This document shows, piece after piece, positions 20,113-29,526 of a stretch of 64,000 nt of DNA. Numbering within the stretch: position 1 is the stretch's first letter; each line of letters starts with the position of its first letter. The position numbers were made by a program, and so were the translations under genes. The notes below the pieces were generated by a model, which was given only the letters and a program-made list of their open reading frames with translations, did not search any database and had not been told where the DNA came from. This stretch comes from Aulosira sp. ZfuVER01 (GTDB lineage: Bacteria > Cyanobacteriota > Cyanobacteriia > Cyanobacteriales > Nostocaceae), in the NCBI GenBank assembly GCA_034530615.2, contig JAVRCV020000065.1, positions 32,001-96,000 on the forward strand, given 5' to 3'.

Positions 20113-21681
20113 CTACAACCCGAAGCGATCGCAAAAATACAGGCGATACAAATCACACAAGGGCAGAACATCATTGCCTGTGTATTTCACCAATCTCATA
20201 TTGCGTAACTTAAATGCTTTATCAACGCCTATTCTAACTGGCCTATTGGCAGCGACTACTTGCTTCATAGCTCTCATAAGTTCTGGATTATCCTGCAAAA
20301 TTGACCAATGGCGCAGCAGGTGGTCGCCGTATAAACCTTCTTGAGTGGGAGCAATTTCCAATAGTTCTTTCAACGTCAGTTCGCGTTGCGCTATTTTATC
20401 CAGTGCCTCTTTTACCAGCCAAGGATGTCCACCAACCATCGCCATAAGTTGAGCAACTTGCTCTGCATTCCAAGGAAGTTGGAGGCGCTGGGCTAAATTC
20501 TGCACCTGTAGCTGATTTAACTCTGGTATTTCAATACCCTTCCCCACGTTGAATGGCGATTTATGTGTATCTATAGGGATGAAATCTTCTTTGGAGTAAG
20601 CAATAACTAACCGTAACCTTTGCCAATTAGTATTATCTCTGCCCTTCTCATACCAAGAGCGTAGTAAGGGAAGAAAGTCACGAGCAATTTGATGAGAGAA
20701 AATTACATCAACGTTATCCAATCCTAAAACCAGGGGACTATTGATTGCTGGCAACAAATATTGTTCAAAGTAGTTTGTACAGTCTTTGTTCGCACTCAGT
20801 GTACCTTTCCAATTCTCAGCCAGCTTATCTGGTATATTCAATTCCTCGGCTATGCTGCTACAAACCCACTTTAAGAAATGTTTCAGCGTACTGAACACTC
20901 TTGTTTCTGGCTCTTGAAAGTCCAAACGTACTGCTTGATAGCCTTGCTGAGTCTTCCCATAATTTAGAATCTGATACATTAAGTAGGTTTTGCCCCATTG
21001 CAAAGGCGCTCTCAACCGAATTAATGCCCCAGGCCTCTTTACCTCCCTGTAGCAATCAGCATAAAAAGCCGTATCGAAAAACGGAAATTCTACATCTGAT
21101 GCTGTTTCTAGGTGTAACAAACCCTCTAAATCCGACCAATTTTCTAGCACCGTAGCCAGGGGTAAAGCTAATGCGCCTTCTGTATTGTCATAAGCGGCAA
21201 TTATGCCAATAACTCGTTGTGTCGCCGCATTAAATACAGGCGAACCACTATACCCACCTTGCACCTGTTGCGAATTCGCCTTAACTCGCAGCCGCAACAT
21301 TGGTAAGCTTCTAAATTTAGACTGGGGATTCATATCGGTAATCGTGCCATCAATTGAAGCCCCTTGGGGAAAATCCGATCGCCCATAGCCAATAGACAAA
21401 AATCGATCCATCGGCTGAAAATTAACAGCTAGGGGTACCGAAGCACCTTGATAACCAGGTAACTGCAAAATGGCAAAATCATCACAGGTGCGATCGCCTA
21501 AATAAACCAAATCCACCCTTTGCCCATTGACTCGCACGTTTTCCCAACCGCCAGTCGCTTCAACTACATGGGCGCAGGTAAGTAAGTGTCCTTGTGATGA
21601 TATGAAAAAGCCTGTACCCCGAATGCTATTTTCCGGAGTGGCGATCGCCACGGTACAAGCTTTAACTAAGTCCCAACTCAT
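20113..21681 (-). CDS. trypsin-like serine protease fused to AAA_35 NTPase
   Basis: GTGFFI, LTCAHVV (His), DDFAIL (Asp), GGYSGSPV (Ser). C-terminal RAPLQWGKT, LVLGLDNVD, SPFNVG, MVGGHPWLV. Confidence 0.87.
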   Translation of the reverse strand: MSWDLVKACTVAIATPENSIRGTGFFISSQGHLLTCAHVVEATGGWENVRVNGQRVDLVYLGDRTCDDFAILQLPGYQGASVPLAVNFQPMDRFLSIGYGRSDFPQGASIDGTITDMNPQSKFRSLPMLRLRVKANSQQVQGGYSGSPVFNAATQRVIGIIAAYDNTEGALALPLATVLENWSDLEGLLHLETASDVEFPFFDTAFYADCYREVKRPGALIRLRAPLQWGKTYLMYQILNYGKTQQGYQAVRLDFQEPETRVFSTLKHFLKWVCSSIAEELNIPDKLAENWKGTLSANKDCTNYFEQYLLPAINSPLVLGLDNVDVIFSHQIARDFLPLLRSWYEKGRDNTNWQRLRLVIAYSKEDFIPIDTHKSPFNVGKGIEIPELNQLQVQNLAQRLQLPWNAEQVAQLMAMVGGHPWLVKEALDKIAQRELTLKELLEIAPTQEGLYGDHLLRHWSILQDNPELMRAMKQVVAANRPVRIGVDKAFKLRNMRLVKYTGNDVLPLCDLYRLYFCDRFGL

Positions 21682-21690
21682 GACAATTTA

Positions 21691-22035
21691 TTAATTGTTT
21701 TCTTTTGCTGCCAGGTTCCACGTTATTTTCACCTTAAGTGATGCTTGACCACTAGACTCCACTACATAAACTGAGCCTTTGGTAGTAAAATTCACCCCAA
21801 ACTCAACTTCTCCGCTTACGGGTTGTGATTCTTTCTGTAATATTTGAAATGCCTTTGTAATTGGGCGACACCCGCGAACAATTAAATCTTTAACCGCATC
21901 GAAGCTACCCTCTACTTTTTCCATCGGCAACTCACCAGGAGCAGCTACATGGCCTACAGATTCTTCTGGTATCTCTACTGCTACTAAAATTGTGCCGCCA
22001 TCTTCTGTATTGAGTTCTAAAAGTTTACGAGCCAT
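21691..22035 (-). CDS. Trypco1 (trypsin co-occurring, CU044_2847-like) small protein
   Basis: 114 aa; EDGGTILVAVE ... EVEFGVNFTTKG ... ASLKVKITW pattern; ends 9 bp upstream of the trypsin gene. Confidence 0.75.
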   Translation of the reverse strand: MARKLLELNTEDGGTILVAVEIPEESVGHVAAPGELPMEKVEGSFDAVKDLIVRGCRPITKAFQILQKESQPVSGEVEFGVNFTTKGSVYVVESSGQASLKVKITWNLAAKENN

Positions 22036-22194
22036 GATTCAATTAGCTAGTGATTATTTGTAAAAATTTCCCAACTTGTTTATTTAAATAATTTTTCTTC
22101 TTAGGGCAGTCTCCTTCAGTCGCAACCCAAAGGAAATAATACCAATTAAAGTAGCTCTAAGAACATTTACTTTTACCGTATACTAGGTCGCTAC

Positions 22195-23340
22195 ATGAAT
22201 TCGCAAACTTCTCGCTCTGACAAAATTTTGGTTGTAGATGATTCTCCAGATAACGTGTTTTTAATCAAAACAATTTTGGAGGAAGAAGGCTACACAATAA
22301 GCACGGCAGAAAATGGTGTTTCGGCTTTAGCACAACTAGAAGCATCTCCTTGTGACTTGGTGTTGCTGGATCTGATGATGCCAGGAATGGATGGTTACGA
22401 AGTTACTAAGCGTATCCGTGATAATGCTTCGATGCAGCAATATATCCCAATACTGCTGATTACTGCTCACGATGCGCCGAATGTTGCGAAAGGATTAGAT
22501 TTAGGCGCTGATGATTTTATCCGCAAGCCGGTAACGGTAGATGAATTGCTGGCGCGAGTGCGATCGCTCTTAAGGTTAAAACACAGTATTGATGAACGTG
22601 ATGAAATTGCTCGTCAGCGTGAAGATTTCGTCTCCCGCCTCACCCATGACTTACGCACTCCCCTAGTAGCCGCAGATCGCGTACTGATGCTGTTTCAGCA
22701 AGGTGCTTTGGGAGCGTTGTCTCCGCAAATACAGGAGGTGATTGCGATCATGGCACGTAGCAATACTAACCTGCTGGCGATGGTCAATACCTTATTGGAA
22801 GTCTACCGCTTTGAAGCTGGGCGCAAAACCTTGGCGTTTCAACCAGTGAATCTCCGCCAACTACTAGATGAAGTGGTAGGAGAATTGATGCCTTTAGCTG
22901 AAGCAAAATCACTGTCAATGAATTTGGTAGTTGCAGATGAAACAACCATTAGTAACACAATGGGCGATCGCTTAGAATTACATCGCTTATTTACTAACCT
23001 TATCGGTAATGCGATCAAATTTACTGACTCTGGCTCAGTAAATATCCGCCTTGCTTCTGCACTTGCAAGTGGCAAAAGTCATGAATCTCCTACTTCGGAA
23101 AATTCCACTTTCAGTGACTACATTATCATTGAAGTAGAAGACACAGGACCAGGTATTTCCATTGCAGAACAAGCCACTTTATTTCAACGATTTCGCCAAG
23201 GAAGTCACAAGAGTTCCGGTAGTGGACTAGGACTGTATCTTTCCCGTCGAATTGTTGAAGCTCATGAAGGTACAATTCGAGTAAAATCTGAGTTTGGTAA
23301 AGGTAGTGTGTTCATTGTTATGCTACCTGTTAAATCGTAA
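22195..23340 (+). CDS. hybrid response regulator-histidine kinase (REC-HisKA-HATPase)
   Basis: ILVVDD, LLDLMMPGMDG, LTHDLRTPL, NLIGNAIKFT, DTGPGI, GSGLGL. Confidence 0.92.
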   Translation: MNSQTSRSDKILVVDDSPDNVFLIKTILEEEGYTISTAENGVSALAQLEASPCDLVLLDLMMPGMDGYEVTKRIRDNASMQQYIPILLITAHDAPNVAKGLDLGADDFIRKPVTVDELLARVRSLLRLKHSIDERDEIARQREDFVSRLTHDLRTPLVAADRVLMLFQQGALGALSPQIQEVIAIMARSNTNLLAMVNTLLEVYRFEAGRKTLAFQPVNLRQLLDEVVGELMPLAEAKSLSMNLVVADETTISNTMGDRLELHRLFTNLIGNAIKFTDSGSVNIRLASALASGKSHESPTSENSTFSDYIIIEVEDTGPGISIAEQATLFQRFRQGSHKSSGSGLGLYLSRRIVEAHEGTIRVKSEFGKGSVFIVMLPVKS

Positions 23341-23475
23341 TAAAATGATGATTTATGCTGCTTAAATTGATGACAATTTAGCTCTAATTGGAATTCAACT
23401 TTGTCTCAAGTTAAAAGTTAGAATCAGGAATTTTATCAACAAATTATTGTTATAAAATAGGCTTTTCACAAAAAT

Positions 23476-24858
23476 ATGATTACTGATTTATCAATTTCTG
23501 CTGCTGATATTATTCGCAAACAACGTGATTTTTTTCAGACTTGTAAGACGAAAGACGTTAATTTTCGGATTGCGCAACTGAAAAAGCTTAAGCAGGCAAT
23601 TCTGGATAATGAACAAGCAATTGTTCAAGCTTTAAAAGCAGATTTACATAAACCAGAATTTGAAACTTATGCTACAGAAATATTCGTCATCAAGGAAATT
23701 GATTACGCTATCAAAAATATCAAAACTTGGACAAAACCAAAAAAAGCTCCAGTTACCATTGACTTTTTTCAATACTCAGCCAAAATTTATCCAGAACCCT
23801 TAGGTGTTGTTTTAATTATTGGGGCTTGGAACTATCCATTTAACTTAGTTATCTCACCATTAATCGGTGCGATCGCCGCAGGAAATTGTACCATTCTCAA
23901 ACCTTCAGAACTTGCTCCTCATACCTCTAGGTTGCTAGCTGAGATAATTGCTAAATATTTTGAGCCAGCATATATTGCTCTGGTAGAAGGTGGTGTAGAA
24001 ACTAGCCAAAAGCTACTCGCAGAAAAGTTTGACTATATCTTTTTTACTGGTGGTACAAGTGTCGGGAAAATTGTTATGGAAGCGGCGGCAAAACACCTCA
24101 CCCCAGTTACATTAGAATTGGGTGGTAAAAGTCCTTGTATTGTAGACAGCGAAATTAATTTAGAACATACTGTCAGGCGAATTACCTGGGGCAAGTTTAT
24201 TAATGCAGGACAAACTTGTATTGCTCCTGACTATATTTTAGTTGATAAGAAAATCAAAACAAATTTAGTAGATGGACTTAAGAAATGTATTAAAGAATTT
24301 TATGGCGATCGCCCTGCTAGTAGTCCTGATTATGCCAGAATTATCTCTCAAAAACATTTTGATAGATTAGCCAACCTCCTCAACAACGGTGAAGTAATCA
24401 TTGGTGGCGAAACTAACCCTCAAGAGCGTTATATTGCTCCTACCGTTATTGATAACGTCTCCTTAGATGCTCCAATCATGCAAGAGGAAATTTTTGGGCC
24501 GATTCTGCCAATCATTGAATATTCTGACATCACAGAAGCGATCGCCTTAATTAACTCTCGACCAAAACCCCTAGCTTTATACTTATTTACTCAAAATAAA
24601 AACCTGCAAACGCAAGTTTTGCAGGAAACTTCATCTGGTGGAGTTTGTATCAACGACACAGTGATGCATTGTGGTGTGCTATCTTTACCATTTGGCGGTG
24701 TCGGTGATAGTGGTATTGGTAGCTATCACGGAAAAGCCAGTTTTGATACCTTTTCTCACAGCAAAAGTGTGTTACAAAACTCCTTTTTATTCGACTTAAA
24801 ATGGCGTTACGCTCCCTATCAAGGGAAATTAGCTTTTCTCAGACGACTTATTGGTTAA
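23476..24858 (+). CDS. aldehyde dehydrogenase (class 3-like)
   Basis: IIGAWNYP, FFTGG, LELGGKSP, GQTCIAPDY, EEIFGP, LPFGGVG. Confidence 0.93.
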   Translation: MITDLSISAADIIRKQRDFFQTCKTKDVNFRIAQLKKLKQAILDNEQAIVQALKADLHKPEFETYATEIFVIKEIDYAIKNIKTWTKPKKAPVTIDFFQYSAKIYPEPLGVVLIIGAWNYPFNLVISPLIGAIAAGNCTILKPSELAPHTSRLLAEIIAKYFEPAYIALVEGGVETSQKLLAEKFDYIFFTGGTSVGKIVMEAAAKHLTPVTLELGGKSPCIVDSEINLEHTVRRITWGKFINAGQTCIAPDYILVDKKIKTNLVDGLKKCIKEFYGDRPASSPDYARIISQKHFDRLANLLNNGEVIIGGETNPQERYIAPTVIDNVSLDAPIMQEEIFGPILPIIEYSDITEAIALINSRPKPLALYLFTQNKNLQTQVLQETSSGGVCINDTVMHCGVLSLPFGGVGDSGIGSYHGKASFDTFSHSKSVLQNSFLFDLKWRYAPYQGKLAFLRRLIG

Positions 24859-24935
24859 TAGCCAGTGTCTTTACAGGCTTTGTATCTATAGCCCTAGGCT
24901 TATAACCTAAGAGCCATAAGCTTAAACCTGTTTAT

Positions 24936-24972
24936 TAATTACGAATTACGAATTACGAATTAATAATTAATT
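24936..24972. repeat. STRR heptamer tandem (AATTACG)n
   Basis: AATTACG repeated three times plus degenerate copies between convergent genes. Confidence 0.7.
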
Positions 24973-24973
24973 G

Positions 24974-25567
24974 TCAGTAGCTATAACGTTCTTCCGCCCA
25001 AGGTTCACCACGGCGATGGTAGCCATTACGCTCCCAAAAACCAAGTTCTTCACGCTTGAGAAACTCTAAACCATTAATCCATTTGGCACTTTTCCAAGCA
25101 TAGAGATGGGGAACCACTAGCCGCATCGGTCCACCATGTTCTGCTGGTAAAGGCTCACCAAATAGTTGAAAGGCAAAGAAGTTTTCTTCGCGCAGAAAGT
25201 CTTCCATTGAGATATTGGTAGTGTAGCCACCATAGCAGTGTTCCATAATATGAACTGCTTCTGGATCTACTTCAATCAAACTCATGAAGTCTGCTACTTT
25301 TATCCCAGTCCACTTAACATCAAGCTTAGACCAGCGCGTTACACAGTGAAAATCTGCTGTGAATTCAGATTGAGGTAATGCCATAAAATCTGACCACGTA
25401 AAAGTAGCAGGTTTTGCTGAACCCCAAACCCGAAATTCCCATTCTTCTGTGCTAATTTGCGGAGTTGCACCATAAGTTAAGACTGGGAAGCCTTTAGCTA
25501 GGTGTTGTCCGGGAGGGACGCGCTCGCTTTCTTCCTTCTCTGGTTTCTGAAAAAATTTTCCTAACAT
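24974..25567 (-). CDS. sulfite oxidase-like molybdopterin-binding oxidoreductase
   Basis: RVPPGQ, DFHCVTRWS, EHGGPMRLVVPHLYAWKSAKW, GFWERNGYH. Confidence 0.9.
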   Translation of the reverse strand: MLGKFFQKPEKEESERVPPGQHLAKGFPVLTYGATPQISTEEWEFRVWGSAKPATFTWSDFMALPQSEFTADFHCVTRWSKLDVKWTGIKVADFMSLIEVDPEAVHIMEHCYGGYTTNISMEDFLREENFFAFQLFGEPLPAEHGGPMRLVVPHLYAWKSAKWINGLEFLKREELGFWERNGYHRRGEPWAEERYSY

Positions 25568-25839
25568 ACTTGTAGAAAAATTAGTTTTTTCAAGTAATTT
25601 GTTCTCTTGAGATGATTATCTGAGGATTTGAGCATCTGCGCTACCCTGACAAGGACACATAATCCCAATTGCGCCGAATACTAAACATCAAAAAATTACC
25701 ACAGATACTTTACTGTTTATAAATTATTGGAGCATCGGTCACGGGTAATAGTTATTTGGGTGTTCCCAATTACCTATTGCCAATTTTTTATCAACCAGAT
25801 GAGCTTTTGTAGACTACTGATTAGTCATAATGCCATCAG

Positions 25840-25887
25840 AAAAGCAACGATAAAGCGCTTACATAAAAGCGCTGTTCGTGCTTTTCA
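25840..25887 (-). terminator. hairpin downstream of rpmF
   Basis: GAAAAGCA..AGCGCTT / AAGCGCT..TGCTTTTC imperfect inverted repeat. Confidence 0.45.
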
Positions 25888-25898
25888 TGACTAGGGAA

Positions 25899-26075
25899 TT
25901 ATGATTCTTCTGCTTCCTCTTCTTCAGCAGTTGGGTAGACAAATGTAGAGCGTCCAGTCAAAATCGACTTGCCTAGGGAAAGAGCTTTTTGAGCTTCAAC
26001 AGCAGCTTTATGTCTCCAGGTGGCTCGGCGTTTATCTCTTTTAGACTTAGATGTTTTCTTCTTAGGAACAGCCAT
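25899..26075 (-). CDS. rpmF: 50S ribosomal protein L32
   Basis: [20 protein letters not shown]...ALSLGKS; start trimmed to ATG 26075. Confidence 0.95.
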   Translation of the reverse strand: MAVPKKKTSKSKRDKRRATWRHKAAVEAQKALSLGKSILTGRSTFVYPTAEEEEAEES

Positions 26076-26264
26076 GATAGCGGATATCGCAATTCTTGAC
26101 AACCTTTTTATTCTAAGCCATCTATTGACACTGGCAACAAGAACTCAGTTAGGAATTGAGACAAGGAGATAACAAGAAATTGTGAACCAAGAAGATGCAA
26201 ACAAGGGTAGACTCTGAGAATTCTTATTCCCTGTGCCTGCGTCTTCCTGCATCTTCTTCAATGG

Positions 26265-26858
26265 CTATTTGCTAGTGTCTGGTTGCGGTGGGGGCGGTAC
26301 GGTATTTTGTCCGGGATTGGGAGATACAGAATTTTGTGGTGGATTGGGAGGTACAGAATTCTCTGCTGGACTGGGAGGTACAGGATTTTGTCCGGGATTA
26401 GGTGTTGCAAGATTTTGTTCAAAAAACAGTAACGCTCGCGCTGTTTTAAAGTAAGTTGCCCAACGCTGAGGATCGGGACGAGTCCGCCATTGCGGGCGAG
26501 TAACGTCTAAAGCCAAAACTGGTGCGATCGCTCCCAGGCTTTGTACGGATACAATTACTGAAACATCTGTCACCAAAATATCTTGATCGAAGCTCCGTTG
26601 AGCAGCTGCTCTGGCTGCCGCTTCTGCCCTTCTGAGTAAGGTTTCGTAATTTTCCTCCGGTAGGCGGTCAATAGCCAGGTCAACTCTAGCGGTGTAAGCT
26701 CTTACAATCTGGGGAGCGATCGCTTCACACGCAAACCACACAGGAACAGCAGAAAAAAGCAAAACTGCTATCGGAACTATCCGGATTTTTCTGGCAAATT
26801 GGCTAATAACTGAAAAGGGAATGATCGATGATGGTTGATGAGCAACTCTTCTACTCAT
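26265..26858 (-). CDS. conserved cyanobacterial hypothetical protein with Pro-rich repeat tail
   Basis: N-terminal hydrophobic segment, LLRRAEAAARAAAQRSFDQD core, C-terminal 9-aa P/N/Q repeats. Confidence 0.75.
   Translation of the reverse strand: MSRRVAHQPSSIIPFSVISQFARKIRIVPIAVLLFSAVPVWFACEAIAPQIVRAYTARVDLAIDRLPEENYETLLRRAEAAARAAAQRSFDQDILVTDVSVIVSVQSLGAIAPVLALDVTRPQWRTRPDPQRWATYFKTARALLFFEQNLATPNPGQNPVPPSPAENSVPPNPPQNSVSPNPGQNTVPPPPQPDTSK
26305..26412. repeat. 27-bp tandem repeat x4 (coding)
   Basis: Units TTTTGTCCGGGATTGGGAGATACAGAA / TTTTGTGGTGGATTGGGAGGTACAGAA / TTCTCTGCTGGACTGGGAGGTACAGGA / TTTTGTCCGGGATTAGGTGTTGCAAGA. Confidence 0.85.
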
Positions 26859-27055
26859 GACCTTGTAGCTCCTTACTGAACAATCTTTAATTTAAATTGC
26901 GTGAAAGTATTTTCCGACTAAACTATGTAATAAAAATTACATACTATCTTCAGTCAGATGGGAATCTCCTAGACTATAAGACATAGGTTAACTTTGTTTT
27001 TTCAGCAAAGCCAACCACAATTTTAGGCAAGCAAATAATAAGCGACAAAGAGGGG

Positions 27056-29035
27056 ATGGCAAATCACTGGGCAATTACTATTGGCATCAATCAATATCAT
27101 TTATTTCAACCTTTAAGTTGCGCTCAAGCCGATGCCGAGGCGCTCCAAGACTTTTTGGCTACAGAGGCAGGTTTTATACCCCAACACTGTCTGCTGATGA
27201 CAGACACTTCGCCGCCGCTTAGAGACAAATCCACCTATCCTACAAGGGAAAATATCCTGCTGTTATTAGAGGATTTGGCAGCTTCATATTGGCAACCGCA
27301 TGACCATGTATGGTTGTTCTTTAGCGGTTATGGCATCAACTACAAAGGACAAGATTATTTAATGCCAGTGGAGGGAAACCCCGATCTCGTGCAGGAGACT
27401 GGCATAGAACTGCGATCGCTAATGCAGAGTCTGCAACTGACTGGGCTGAATGTATTCCTACTGCTGGATATCAACCGGGCTTTCGGTACTCAAGCAGATG
27501 CCCCCGTTGGACAAGAAACGCTGGAACTTGCTCAAGAACTACAACTAGCAACAATTCTTTCTTGCCAACCAGAGCAATTCTCCCACGAAAGCCGCGAACT
27601 AGGCCACGGATTCTTTACAGCAGCGTTGTTAGAAGCTTTGCGTTCTGGTCGTGGCAGTAACTTGGTAGATTTAGAACGCTACCTGAGCAATCTCACCCCA
27701 CAATTGTGTCAACATCATTGGCGACCGACACAAAACCCGATCGCGGTTATTCCATCTCAGCAGCAGAATATCTTGCCGCCATTGAGAACCAACAGTATAC
27801 CAACTAAAAGCGAAGTAGAATCCGTTATTTTTCCCGAAGAATCTTTTGCGGTTGCACGTGCAGCACCTTCCCTAGCCGCAAATTCCGCCAAAACTTCACA
27901 TAATTTGCCAAGAACGGCGACACCTAGAGAATTCCAAGGAGTAGAAACTACTGTTAGCCCCAAAGCCAAGCGTACAGCAGTCAGCGAGAAATTGGAGCGC
28001 CAACCAGCCCAAGGCTTAACTGGTAATGTAGTCTCTCAGGCGCTTCTTAACCCAGATCGGCATTTCAAACAGCAACCCCAGATGCTCCCACCTCCTCAAG
28101 AGGTGAATGCTGGGGAACGATCTATTCCTGATTCTTCACCACCTTTCATTTCCCAAGCACCTGTAACTCAGACAAAGACTCCATTGTGGAAACAGTTTTT
28201 ATGGTGGATGGGAGGCAGCTTATTAATATTAGGTTTAGTCGCAGTAGTCTTTCTTCGCAATCAGACACAATTTAGATCTGCTGAAGTATCTAAAACATCA
28301 CCTAATACTGCTACTAATGAGACAAAAGACCTCAAGAATTTACCAAATGCTCGCTCTGTCTCCAACTCCTCTGTACCAACTCAACCCAGCAAACCATCAA
28401 ACTCGCCACCACCCGTCAATTCCCAATCACAAAAGCGGAATAAAGCAGTTTTAGATCTGGCGAAAATGTCCCTGAGGGAAACTCAGGCTAGCGATCTCAG
28501 CTTGGCGATCGCCACGGCTCGCAAAATTCAAGCAGGTGAGCCGCTTTACGAACAAGCGCAAGAGGATATAAAAATCTGGAGTCGGATGATTTTAGATTTG
28601 GCAGAAGGTCGTGCCCAGCAAAGACAGTATGCCAGTGCAGTGGCGGCGGCGCAATTAATTACCAAAGACGAACCACTTTATCCCAAAGCACAAGCTCTGA
28701 TTAACCAATGGCGATTAGAAGCCAAGCAGTATGTTACTAACAAAACTCTTTTAGATGCGGCTAATGCTTTAATTAAGCCAGGACAGGCATCTACATATAA
28801 TCGTGCGATCGAAGTTGCCAAGAAAGTTCCACCAGGTCAACCAGGCTTCGATACAGCACAAAAATCAATTAATAAATGGAGTGACAAAATTTTGGATATA
28901 GCGAAAAATCGCGCTGTCCAAGGGGAACTCAATACAGCAATTGAAACTGCGGCTTTAGTGCCAGAGATGACATCTGCTTATGAAGATGCGCAAGAAGCCA
29001 TCCAAAAATGGCAGGTAAGGCGGATTAAAAATTAG
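27056..29035 (+). CDS. caspase-family (peptidase C14) pseudo-orthocaspase with TM and C-terminal helical repeats
   Basis: WAITIGINQY; FFSGYG (His to Tyr); LLDINR (Cys to Asn); HGFFTAALLEAL; TM FLWWMGGSLLILGLVAVVFL. Confidence 0.85.
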   Translation: MANHWAITIGINQYHLFQPLSCAQADAEALQDFLATEAGFIPQHCLLMTDTSPPLRDKSTYPTRENILLLLEDLAASYWQPHDHVWLFFSGYGINYKGQDYLMPVEGNPDLVQETGIELRSLMQSLQLTGLNVFLLLDINRAFGTQADAPVGQETLELAQELQLATILSCQPEQFSHESRELGHGFFTAALLEALRSGRGSNLVDLERYLSNLTPQLCQHHWRPTQNPIAVIPSQQQNILPPLRTNSIPTKSEVESVIFPEESFAVARAAPSLAANSAKTSHNLPRTATPREFQGVETTVSPKAKRTAVSEKLERQPAQGLTGNVVSQALLNPDRHFKQQPQMLPPPQEVNAGERSIPDSSPPFISQAPVTQTKTPLWKQFLWWMGGSLLILGLVAVVFLRNQTQFRSAEVSKTSPNTATNETKDLKNLPNARSVSNSSVPTQPSKPSNSPPPVNSQSQKRNKAVLDLAKMSLRETQASDLSLAIATARKIQAGEPLYEQAQEDIKIWSRMILDLAEGRAQQRQYASAVAAAQLITKDEPLYPKAQALINQWRLEAKQYVTNKTLLDAANALIKPGQASTYNRAIEVAKKVPPGQPGFDTAQKSINKWSDKILDIAKNRAVQGELNTAIETAALVPEMTSAYEDAQEAIQKWQVRRIKN

Positions 29036-29045
29036 TCCAAAGCCC

Positions 29046-29088
29046 AGAGTCCAGAATCAATGGCAATTTGCTTGAAATTCTGGACTCT
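29046..29088. terminator. bidirectional terminator-like hairpin
   Basis: AGAGTCCAGAAT / ATTCTGGACTCT 12-bp arms between convergent genes. Confidence 0.6.
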
Positions 29089-29148
29089 TGATTTAATGAC
29101 TCAAAATTGAGAAATAATAACTCGGAACTTGCAACTTAGCACTCTGTA

Positions 29149-29526
29149 TTAACAGTACTGGGAAACATCCTCTCCACATTCATCAGCTAGATAGCATAAC
29201 GCCCGGAAACGTAAGCCCACTACTTCTTCATATAAAGGATTAAGCTTACACATTGGCGGAATGTGGAATAAAGTCTTGCCAAATAATTTGACATCACGCT
29301 CAAAAGGACACTGAGAAGGAATTAGTTTACACAAGCGGTGAGCTAATTCGCGATCGCGGACTTGAATACTGTCTACTTTTTGTCGTAGGGGTTGGAGAAT
29401 ATCACAGTAAGACTTAGCAACAGAACGTGGCAGCTGGGTTAGGTGGGTGTTAGTAGCTTCTGCTTGATTGATTGATACCCAGCTTGCCAGAAAAATTCTT
29501 TTTGTGGTATTATCGGATACCTTCAT
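29149..29526 (-). CDS. Mo-dependent nitrogenase C-terminal-like (Mo-nitro_C) domain protein
   Basis: LCKLIPSQCPFERD...HIPPMCKLNPLYEEVVGLRFRALCYLADECGED signature. Confidence 0.85.
   Translation of the reverse strand: MKVSDNTTKRIFLASWVSINQAEATNTHLTQLPRSVAKSYCDILQPLRQKVDSIQVRDRELAHRLCKLIPSQCPFERDVKLFGKTLFHIPPMCKLNPLYEEVVGLRFRALCYLADECGEDVSQYC

Noticed and set aside
26305..26412. CRISPR array
   Set aside because: Contiguous 27-bp units without spacers, in-frame in a CDS; no repeat-spacer array or cas genes seen in the window.
29149..29526. Nitrogenase (nif) gene
   Set aside because: Only the small Mo-nitro_C-named domain is present; no nif structural motifs or cluster.
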